From assembly GCA_014728035.1 (NCBI GenBank), contig WJMJ01000132.1:1-14930 (forward strand): DNA of 14,930 nucleotides, written 5' to 3'. This stretch comes from Promethearchaeota archaeon (lineage in GTDB: Archaea > Asgardarchaeota > Thorarchaeia > Thorarchaeales > Thorarchaeaceae). This document shows, piece by piece, positions 7,509 to 14,930 of this stretch (its first letter is position 1; each line of letters begins with the position of its first letter). Position numbers and translations under genes: made by a program. Below the pieces are notes generated by a model that was given only the letters and a program-made list of their open reading frames with translations, ran no database searches and was not told the DNA's origin.

Positions 7509-9590
7509 ATGCATCAAGAACGACGAACCACAGTACGTGATGCTTTTGTGCGATTTAGTGATGTGCATGATGGTCAATTACGTCTTTATGAACACCAATT
7601 AGATTTAGTAGAAGCTGATGGAGACCCTCTTGTTCTTGATGCACCAACTGGTTCCGGAAAAACTCTAGCTGCTTTGAAACGAGTCATTAAGAGAAAAACT
7701 CCAGCTATTTTTGTCTATCCTACTAATACGCTAGTAAAGAATCAAGTAGAGTCTATGATAGACTTGCTTACTAAAATGAATAAAACTGTAAATCTTATAG
7801 AGCGAGATTCCTCTGGTAGTTTCACTTTCTCTGATGATAAGGATGCAATCGATCTTATCCATTTGACAGGAGAGAGTCTTGAAACGTTAGCTGGTGGCGG
7901 ATCGAAAGGCTCTGCTATAGATACCATTCTCACCCATTCAAAAGAGAGCAATCGCATGAGGATTCTACTAACCAATCCTGATATGATATATCTTGCATTT
8001 GCTGGTTTCTATTGGAGACATGGCAGAATTATGGAACAGATTGATTCATTCCGAGTAATTGTATTGGATGAATTTCATCTGTACTCTGGACCAACTCTCG
8101 CTAGATTAGTGTATCTGCTAAATGACCTACGAGGAAATCCTATGTTTCCATCGTTCGAGACCATTTTTCTTAGCGCTACACATGGTGATACTCTAGAATT
8201 ACTTCAATCTAGCTATCCAAATCTTTGTATTGTACGAACAATACCTCTAGATGCTCCTGAAAACGAAACCAAGATGATTAGACACCAGACTGAATGCACT
8301 TTACGAATCCGAAATCGAATAATGTACGGAAATGAGGATGTTGATGAAGCTGCTCAAGCAATCCTTGAATTATATAATGAAGATTCTTCAAATAATGATA
8401 ACAAAATCAAGGTATTGGGAGTATTTTCATCGGTCATATTTGCCGTAAAAGTTGCGAGTCGAGTTAGAACTATCCTAGAAAATGAGGGTAGACTTTCACC
8501 TAGTATTGTAAAAGAAATCCATGGGTTAGTTCCAAATTCGGAACGAGTGAATATAGAACACATGGAAAATGGAATTCTAATTGGAACTTCTGCTGTAGAG
8601 GTAGGTATCGACTTTAATGTACCTTATTTAGTAATGGAATCTCATGATATTGCTTCGTTTTTGCAACGTTTTGGACGGGGTGGTAGACATAAACCTTGCA
8701 AATCTGTATTGTACATTCCCCGTACACTAGCTGATAATTTAGCTGCGAAGTCCTCATGGTCATTTGCAGATTTCTCATCTACTGTTCATGAAGCATTAGC
8801 AGAGCTTCCATCTTACGCTGAATTCGTCTGTAGTCATGAAGCAAGAGATGTTCTCTTAGCTATGGCATTGAGTGCCAGCAGAAATCCTTTCTCGAGATCC
8901 AAGGGGAAGTATCAATTCGATTATGATACTGCTGTTGAATATTTTCAAATACTGATAGAGAGCAATAGCCAACTTCAGATGGGAACAACCAAATTAACAG
9001 ACAATATTGGTTCAATGGATAAGGATGATATTCTGTGCGATATGGAACGATGGGTTATTACCACCCTGGCAGAAAATGGATTTATTCGCGGCACTATGAA
9101 TTCAGTCTTGTCAAAAATTCCCGTATCTGGAACTAATGGTAATTCAGTCTATGCGGAAATTGACATTTTTGATATATTCAAGGTAACTGGCTATTTGGAA
9201 ACGGCTAGCTCACATTGGAAATCAATTCCTCCTAGATTAAAAAGAAGATATCAGAAAGACTCGCCTCTGTTTGTGATTGAAAATTTTGAACGGGGTTATC
9301 ATCCTACTGTGAAAGTTGCTAATGATGCGTGTCATAGATATATGGTTGGAGTATATACTAAACCAGAAATCACTCTTACATGTGGAAATCTCATTATGGA
9401 CGAAGTTTTGTCCAAATTACTTGAGAAGAGGAATTTAGCTTTCTACTGGTATGGGTTAAACCCAGGAACTGATTTTAGGATTCCTCGCTTTCCTTCAGAG
9501 AGCAGAACTGGTGGATTAGTTATTGGTGATTGGGCATTTGTTGCAAAATATCTTGTTGCGAAGAAAAAAAAGGAGAATGAACGGCTATGA
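7509..9590 (+). CDS. cas3: Cas3' SF2 helicase without HD domain (type I-D)
   Basis: APTGSGKT, YPTNTL, LTNPD, DEFH, LSAT, TSAVEVGIDF and QRFGRGGRH. No N-terminal HD domain, consistent with the HD being on Cas10d. Confidence 0.96.
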   Translation: MHQERRTTVRDAFVRFSDVHDGQLRLYEHQLDLVEADGDPLVLDAPTGSGKTLAALKRVIKRKTPAIFVYPTNTLVKNQVESMIDLLTKMNKTVNLIERDSSGSFTFSDDKDAIDLIHLTGESLETLAGGGSKGSAIDTILTHSKESNRMRILLTNPDMIYLAFAGFYWRHGRIMEQIDSFRVIVLDEFHLYSGPTLARLVYLLNDLRGNPMFPSFETIFLSATHGDTLELLQSSYPNLCIVRTIPLDAPENETKMIRHQTECTLRIRNRIMYGNEDVDEAAQAILELYNEDSSNNDNKIKVLGVFSSVIFAVKVASRVRTILENEGRLSPSIVKEIHGLVPNSERVNIEHMENGILIGTSAVEVGIDFNVPYLVMESHDIASFLQRFGRGGRHKPCKSVLYIPRTLADNLAAKSSWSFADFSSTVHEALAELPSYAEFVCSHEARDVLLAMALSASRNPFSRSKGKYQFDYDTAVEYFQILIESNSQLQMGTTKLTDNIGSMDKDDILCDMERWVITTLAENGFIRGTMNSVLSKIPVSGTNGNSVYAEIDIFDIFKVTGYLETASSHWKSIPPRLKRRYQKDSPLFVIENFERGYHPTVKVANDACHRYMVGVYTKPEITLTCGNLIMDEVLSKLLEKRNLAFYWYGLNPGTDFRIPRFPSESRTGGLVIGDWAFVAKYLVAKKKKENERL

Positions 9591-10474
9591 TTACCTTAGG
9601 TTTTCGACTGCGAAGCCCCTTTTCGGGTGTAATGGATTATACTGGTGTAGGACTCAGAGCTGCTTTTTTGAACTTGCTAAAAAACTATGACCACGAGCTG
9701 AGCGGCAAAGTACACGACTCGAGTGCGGTTAGGTCCTACTCTCTGACCCCTTTCCCGTGTAACAATAGATTCCAGACATTCTTTGATGAAGGTGAGGAAT
9801 ACAATTTTACCGTAAATCTATTCGATGTGGGTAAATACCGAGATGTTCTACGGCATATAGCTACGAGTCAAAATAGGTCGTTACGTCTCCATCATCAAAG
9901 GTTTCCAATACTGGGAATTGATTATAGCACAAGGAACCCAGAACGAATGATGGAGGATTGGGCTTCACCATTATCCACCTATGATAAATCTGAAATACAT
10001 GTTTCAATGAAATTCCAGACTCCAACACAGCTATCACATTTTGGTAGTGATAAGGCATATCTTTTACCAGATCCAGAGAAGATATTCTCTGGTTTGCTTA
10101 AAGTGTGGAATACCATGCAGGATGCTACCGTGGTGGAGCGTACGAGTTCGTACAGAGATTGGATAGCGAGCAATGTCTATATTCGCAAACACAACATCCT
10201 TACTCAAGAGGTTTCGCTTGGAAGAAAAAGAAAGTTGATTGGTTTCGTTGGTACACTTGTATTTTCAATTAGGAATAGGAGTAGTCCTTTCCTACCACTG
10301 ACTATTGGACTACTGCGGTTTGCAGAATATTGTAATATTGGTAAGAATAGGACAGCAGGTTTTGGCAGAGTGTCTGTTAGAATGACAATCGATGCAGAAA
10401 AAGAAAAAGAGGGCGAACAAGATAATGTACATACTTCCCGAGGACGTGAAGCGGAGACTACTTCGAAGATATAG
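9587..10474 (+). CDS. cas6: crRNA-processing endoribonuclease Cas6
   Basis: VHD...YSLTP, FQTPT, LPDPEKIF, IGFVG and the C-terminal Gly-rich loop IGKNRTAGFGRV. ATGA overlap with cas3. Confidence 0.95.
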   Translation: MITLGFRLRSPFSGVMDYTGVGLRAAFLNLLKNYDHELSGKVHDSSAVRSYSLTPFPCNNRFQTFFDEGEEYNFTVNLFDVGKYRDVLRHIATSQNRSLRLHHQRFPILGIDYSTRNPERMMEDWASPLSTYDKSEIHVSMKFQTPTQLSHFGSDKAYLLPDPEKIFSGLLKVWNTMQDATVVERTSSYRDWIASNVYIRKHNILTQEVSLGRKRKLIGFVGTLVFSIRNRSSPFLPLTIGLLRFAEYCNIGKNRTAGFGRVSVRMTIDAEKEKEGEQDNVHTSRGREAETTSKI

Positions 10475-11369
10475 ACGTAGATCACGAGAGATTGTGGTCG
10501 ATGAGAGATTCAGAGGATGGGCATGGGAGATTCCACCTTTGGACCCCCCGTATGACTACCAACTACCCCTCAGTGTTATTGCATCTCGTTATTGTGAATC
10601 CATGCGCGATATCTACCTAAGTTATGTGGAAAAAGTGAAAAGAAAGACTACTGCGAAGATGATTGCTGGAGGGCTCTACCATTGGACCGTTTCCACGCTA
10701 ATCGAACATGCCAAAAAGGCTCTCTACTCGAAAGGATTCACTTCTGGTAATGAACTTGGCATCCATCTCACACAACTCCGCGATCAGGTAATACAATCGA
10801 AACTGGATAGTACTAACCCTCCTCAGATTCGCGACCGTGGGGGTGCTTGGAATCCCAGACTGATACAGAAAAATATGAACTGGTTATGGGACTTTGAAAT
10901 AAATCAGATTGTTGCTGCGGTTGAAACTGTCAAATCGACTCAGCCATATATCGGACTTGATGCTCTTGTTTCGAGTGCCATTCCTGTTGTAGTGGAGCAG
11001 CGATTAGATGGAAGGAATCTTGGATTGAGTGGGCATCTTAGCGCTGATGCTTTTGGAGTCGAAGGTGTTGTTCTTGATATTAAGACTGGAGAAAAAAGGT
11101 ATTTTCATCGAATAGCTGTGACAGGATATGCTTTGGTTATAGAAAGTATCCACGAGTATCCTGTAGACATCGGATGCATTGTCTATTGCTGGTTTGGTGA
11201 TAAACTCCCTCCTAGAATAAAATATGATGTCTATACCATTGACGAGCCACTAAGACAAGAATTCATTGAACTGCGTGATCAAGCAATGAAAATTATTGAA
11301 GACTATCGTGACCCTGGTCTACCTAGAAAATGTTATGAAGACTGTCCATTTTGGGATGATTGTCATTAA
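10425..11369 (+). CDS. csa1: Cas4-family nuclease of the Csa1 (type I-A-associated) group
   Basis: The N-terminus MYILPE...ERFRGWAWEIPPLDP...SRYCESMRDIYL is a Csa1 signature. Also LDGRNLGLSGHLSADA, DIKTG, GYALVIES and terminal CYEDCPFWDDC. ATG 10425 is preferred over 10392 by family resemblance. Confidence 0.9.
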   Translation: MYILPEDVKRRLLRRYRRRSREIVVDERFRGWAWEIPPLDPPYDYQLPLSVIASRYCESMRDIYLSYVEKVKRKTTAKMIAGGLYHWTVSTLIEHAKKALYSKGFTSGNELGIHLTQLRDQVIQSKLDSTNPPQIRDRGGAWNPRLIQKNMNWLWDFEINQIVAAVETVKSTQPYIGLDALVSSAIPVVVEQRLDGRNLGLSGHLSADAFGVEGVVLDIKTGEKRYFHRIAVTGYALVIESIHEYPVDIGCIVYCWFGDKLPPRIKYDVYTIDEPLRQEFIELRDQAMKIIEDYRDPGLPRKCYEDCPFWDDCH

Positions 11370-11413
11370 AAAAAGGCCTTGACATTCGACAGGTCAATGA
11401 AGCATGTCAAGGC
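11368..11413 (-). terminator. Stem-loop followed by a T-tract on the minus strand
   Basis: Perfect 10-bp inverted repeat GCCTTGACAT (11376-11385) / ATGTCAAGGC (11404-11413), preceded on + by an A7 run (T7 on the minus strand). It may also end the cas operon transcript. Confidence 0.5.
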
Positions 11414-11659
11414 TGCTTAAACTAGGTTCTGACAAATTGCCAGATGACAACTAATAGTCAGCTATCACCAGGGCCAGTCAGGGTCTTTTGGGGGCCATCC
11501 ACTACAATTCATGGCTATCGAATTATAGAAGATTAGCAAAGTAGTAGAACTAACACGCTGCAAGTTGCATAGTGTGAATATAGTTGCAGCCAGGGATACA
11601 ACTTGCATGCTGGAAGTGAACCTTTTATGTCGGGGAGCTTCTTGATGATATGATTAGCA

Positions 11660-12316
11660 TTGACGGAACACCTGCAAATTGCTACACTGGGTATCCACGC
11701 AAACGAACGCGTTCTACATGTTGCACTAAAAATGGGAGTTGACCATGTGGCTCTGATTTTTACTGAGAAAAACGAACAGAGTATGAGAGAAATTAGAGCA
11801 AAGCTAGTGGAATACAAGATTCCCGTTGAGGAAATCAAAGTATCTCCATGGACCTATGATAAAGTTCTTGCAGACATTTTAGAAATTGTTGCCAAGTTTC
11901 CTGATTACGAGATCTCGTTCAACGTTTCTTGTGGTACTCGCGTCATGACATCTGCGGCCCAGACTGCTGCTTTGTTTATTGGATCTCCTGCATATTATGT
12001 AAGTGAAACAGATGAATCTGTAATTGGAGAGATTAAATGTGCAGAACCAATCACTCTCTCTCAACTTTCAGATGAAAAGAAAAGAGTACTCGATAAATTG
12101 GTAGAAGCAGGAGGTTGTGTCTATCCTCAGAAAGAACTGGGAACTCGTGCAGATCTAAGTGTTACCTCAATCTCTCGCCTTCTCGGAAAACTTGAACGGT
12201 CGAATTTTATAGTTCGTAAACGGATTGGAGGACCATATCAAGTATGCATAACAGACCTAGGACGGGCAATGCTAAAAATTAAACAATGTAGAAAAGATCG
12301 TTTCTGGAGCGACTAA
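11660..12316 (+). CDS. csa3: Csa3-like CARF + winged-HTH transcriptional regulator
   Basis: CARF motif I IATLG and motif II FNVSCGTRVMT. C-terminal wHTH LSDEKKRVLDKL...QKELG...SVTSISRLLGKLERSNFI...ITDLGR. TTG start. Confidence 0.82.
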   Translation: MTEHLQIATLGIHANERVLHVALKMGVDHVALIFTEKNEQSMREIRAKLVEYKIPVEEIKVSPWTYDKVLADILEIVAKFPDYEISFNVSCGTRVMTSAAQTAALFIGSPAYYVSETDESVIGEIKCAEPITLSQLSDEKKRVLDKLVEAGGCVYPQKELGTRADLSVTSISRLLGKLERSNFIVRKRIGGPYQVCITDLGRAMLKIKQCRKDRFWSD

Positions 12317-12321
12317 ATTAG

Positions 12322-13932
12322 ATGGCATTAACTGAATTATCCAAGAGCGTCAATGAATCATGGATGAAATACGCAAAAATAATCGAGAAAGACTACTCTC
12401 TGAAGCCGTCTAGTGCTCCAAAAATTACACATATAGCTGATATCAAGACCTTATTCTCTATCAAAAATACCTCGGCTGAAGTCACATTACTTCTGTCTGA
12501 AAGAATCTTGCAAAATCAGCCCGGATTTTTTGATGGTATAATAGCAAAAGCCTGTTTCTCTACACTGTTTTCAAAGGATGCAGTATGTCCTGAATGCATT
12601 GAAGATTTATCCTTTGAATTTGCAAGACAACACTTGCCAAAAACGATCAAAAATGATTGGCTTGCTTTTTGGGACCAATTTGCACCACTTAGAGAATTAT
12701 CCAAAGTCTTAGTCCACCAGCCAACCAGATCGTACCCCTTCCTGTACAAGATGATAGGTAAGAGAGGTCTTATTGAAATAACACGAGAAATTGTGAAAAT
12801 GGATGCTCATGATATTCAATTGAAACTTGCTGACTATCTGGTGTTTTTTGAAAAGAAGGCTAATTCATTCTTTGTTACACCCGACAAAACCGAATTGCGG
12901 ATTATCAATCATCATATAGCAAATCCTGATAGTGAAAACAAGGCACTCGCAAAACAGATTGGTATCACTGCTGAATATTTATCCAAGAAGAAGCAGGAAC
13001 TTAAGGAGCGATTGGTACTTCGAGAATTTTATCATGCATCCTTTTCTCGTATTGGCATTCGTATGTTCCATGTTCTACTAGATTCGGGACCGAATGAAGA
13101 AGACCCATTCTGGCTAGTGAAAGATTGTCCTTTTCTCTTTTCATATAGACGGGTTCTCAGTGGAGATTGGAGTGCATTTGCAACATTTTGCGTTCCTGAC
13201 AATTCCCGCAGTATTCATAGTCTGTCTACATTCCAAGATTCAAGTGATAGATGGCGATACAATATAGAAATGATGGAGATAGTGTCTTCTGGTTCTGTGA
13301 CGTGTTTGGAATACTACAACCCATCAAGGAGAGAATGGGATATACCATGGAACCTGCTAGATATCGAGTTAAAGAAGATAATAGAACATAAATGGGCAAG
13401 CTCATTCCCAAAGATAGACACCCCATATTCACGAACAAAGATACCTCTTGATGAACTAGATTTGAAGATACTTGATGCCTCTCGACTTGGTATAACCGCT
13501 ATCGGAGATATTCGAGAATTACTGCAAGTTGGACAAGAGCGAATTGCTAACAAGAGAAAGAAGTTAGTCGAAGAGAAATTGTTAATCCATACTTATGAGG
13601 TGCATAATGTTGGACTCGTGGAACATGTCTTTGTTTCCTGTGATAACCAAGATATCGCCCTTGCCTTGACCGGATGGATTCAAAGATTACCTCGAAGTAT
13701 TGCTGCTTTTGGCATCAATAATCGGCTATTTTTGCAGATTCGGCTACCTAAAGGAGGTAGCCACGCGTTTGCTCGTTTATTAGGTGACTATCGCCAACAT
13801 GCCCGACTCGGCCTGTTAGATGAAAAACATCAGGGTGACTGGGGATTTCCAATCCATCTCTGGGATGAAGAAAAACAGGATTGGAATTGTCCCTCTGATC
13901 ACATCGAAACATGGCTAGAAAGAATCGGATAG
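12322..13932 (+). CDS. Large putative transcription regulator with two Lrp/AsnC-like wHTH modules
   Basis: 536 aa. HTH1 is DKTELRIINHHIANPDSENKALAKQIGITAEYLSKKKQELKE and HTH2 is LDELDLKILDASRLGITAIGDIRELLQVGQERIANKRKKLVEE. Each is followed by an alpha/beta RAM-like segment. N-terminal region has CPEC. Confidence 0.7.
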   Translation: MALTELSKSVNESWMKYAKIIEKDYSLKPSSAPKITHIADIKTLFSIKNTSAEVTLLLSERILQNQPGFFDGIIAKACFSTLFSKDAVCPECIEDLSFEFARQHLPKTIKNDWLAFWDQFAPLRELSKVLVHQPTRSYPFLYKMIGKRGLIEITREIVKMDAHDIQLKLADYLVFFEKKANSFFVTPDKTELRIINHHIANPDSENKALAKQIGITAEYLSKKKQELKERLVLREFYHASFSRIGIRMFHVLLDSGPNEEDPFWLVKDCPFLFSYRRVLSGDWSAFATFCVPDNSRSIHSLSTFQDSSDRWRYNIEMMEIVSSGSVTCLEYYNPSRREWDIPWNLLDIELKKIIEHKWASSFPKIDTPYSRTKIPLDELDLKILDASRLGITAIGDIRELLQVGQERIANKRKKLVEEKLLIHTYEVHNVGLVEHVFVSCDNQDIALALTGWIQRLPRSIAAFGINNRLFLQIRLPKGGSHAFARLLGDYRQHARLGLLDEKHQGDWGFPIHLWDEEKQDWNCPSDHIETWLERIG

Positions 13933-13940
13933 TCTTTTTT
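13933..13940 (+). terminator. Oligo-T archaeal terminator candidate
   Basis: TCTTTTTT immediately after the TAG of the 536-aa gene. Confidence 0.45.
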
Positions 13941-14067
13941 CTAGACGTGGATACTGTTTTGTGGTGGTCCTTATAAAGGACCTTGCAGAAAATCGACCAC
14001 CACATCGACCCTCCGGAAGAAGAGTTATGAGGACTTCTTTCCTCTAATATAGTAGGTTTCAAGCCGG
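13941..14067 (+). promoter_or_regulatory. Putative leader/promoter of array 2
   Basis: Non-coding stretch directly 5' of the best-conserved repeat. Contains TTATAAA (13971-13977) inside inverted repeats. Confidence 0.65.
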
Positions 14068-14330
14068 GTTACAAAAGCTAATTCCAGATTATGGAGATTG
14101 AAAGATGTAATGGTTGTTCTCGTAGTCTTTCAGAAAGTTGTACGTCATAGAAGCTAATTCCACATTATGGAGATCGGAATGCCAATCCATCAACGATTGG
14201 GAAAAAACACCATCATGAAGTCACTGAATCTAATTCCAAAATGTGGAATCAAAAGATTTGATTAAAGTTATTCCAGATATCATTATCAAGATACTTGTAG
14301 GAATCTATTCTATATTATAGAGATTGGATA
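14068..14330 (+). CRISPR. CRISPR mini-array 2: 4 progressively degenerate repeats, 3 spacers of 39 nt
   Basis: Repeats are 14068-14104 (gttacaaaagctaattccagattatggagattgaaag), 14144-14180, 14220-14255 and approximately 14295-14330 (most degenerate). Spacers are 14105-14143, 14181-14219 and 14256-14294. Same repeat family as array 1. Confidence 0.92.
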
Positions 14331-14439
14331 TGTATTGAGTTAGAAAAAAGGGTGATGCATAAGTTAGAATGCTCTATTTACACTATTTCAGAAAATGTTA
14401 TAATTGACAAAGTCCTAGTTCGAGTGGGTTTCGAGGATA

Positions 14440-14930
14440 TTGAGTGCAAGGAATATAATTGAATCATTTGTTAACGATACTTCTATTATTGAGATAATCG
14501 CAGATGGGGACCTGGATGGTATTCTTGCCTCTGGCTTATTATCATCTCATTTGAAAGAACAAGGCATAGAAGTTCGAGTTGTATTTCCTCCTTCTAGAGA
14601 TTTAGAAGGATTAATTGTATCAAATGCCATTCTCATTGAATTACCGCCATCCAAAGGCCTTGTTTATTCTGGCAAGAATATCCTAATAGACCATCATGGC
14701 ACCATTAATGGAGTCGCACTATATAACAATGATCAGATTCAGAATCTAGCTAATCTCGATATTGAGGATTGTATTGCAAGTACAATTGTGTCTTCAATAT
14801 TCAATTTGCGTAAGAATCTTTCTAAAAAAGGTCAAGAACTACTCAAGTCAATTGTTCAAATTGATATGGGAACTTATGATACTCAATTTACAAGAAATTT
14901 CCATCGTGCATACCAAATGAATGTTACAAA
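14440..14930 (+). CDS. DHH-family phosphoesterase, 5' part (runs off the window; absent from the ORF track)
   Basis: Manual translation from TTG 14440 gives MSARNIIESFVNDTSIIEIIADGDLDGILASG...ILIELP...NILIDHHG..., with DxD motif I and DHH motif III. The frame is open to the window end. Confidence 0.85.
   Translation, partial: MSARNIIESFVNDTSIIEIIADGDLDGILASGLLSSHLKEQGIEVRVVFPPSRDLEGLIVSNAILIELPPSKGLVYSGKNILIDHHGTINGVALYNNDQIQNLANLDIEDCIASTIVSSIFNLRKNLSKKGQELLKSIVQIDMGTYDTQFTRNFHRAYQMNVT

Noticed and set aside
594-13553. Short minus-strand ORFs in the track (e.g. 594-842, 5420-5740, 6286-6612, 11533-11838, 13314-13553)
   Set aside because: They are antisense shadows of well-supported + strand genes and show no recognisable motifs.
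13849-13858. 10-nt match (CCAATCCATC) between spacer 14181-14219 and the Lrp-like gene, suggesting self-targeting
   Set aside because: The match is short, spacer position 1 mismatches, and there is no GTN PAM. It is compatible with chance.
13748-14062. 104-aa minus-strand ORF
   Set aside because: It runs across the array leader and antisense to the regulator's 3' end, with no family features.

Overview
The window holds a complete archaeal CRISPR-Cas locus, entirely on the + strand and bracketed by two arrays that share a 37-nt repeat family (GTYACARAAGCTAATTCCASATTRTGGAGATTGAAAG). The order is: trailer end of array 1, cas1, cas2, cas4, HD-cas10d, a separately encoded cas11d-like gene, cas7 (csc2), cas5 (csc1), cas3' helicase, cas6, csa1-type second Cas4, csa3-like CARF-wHTH regulator, a 536-aa tandem Lrp/AsnC-like wHTH protein, leader plus degenerate mini-array 2, and the start of a DHH phosphoesterase. 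The effector is subtype I-D. Unusual points: (1) Cas10d and its small subunit are in the same frame but split by one UGA, rather than Cas11d being an internal translation product; (2) this Cas11 has a C-terminal extension resembling the helical insert of GH42 beta-galactosidases; (3) I-A-type accessory genes (csa1, csa3) accompany a I-D effector; (4) the degenerate mini-array keeps its repeat hairpin, including a compensatory pair change. GGTGA ribosome-binding sites, TATA boxes and the gene families point to an archaeon; an Asgard (Thorarchaeia-like) host is only a guess. All family calls come from motif recognition, with no database searches run.
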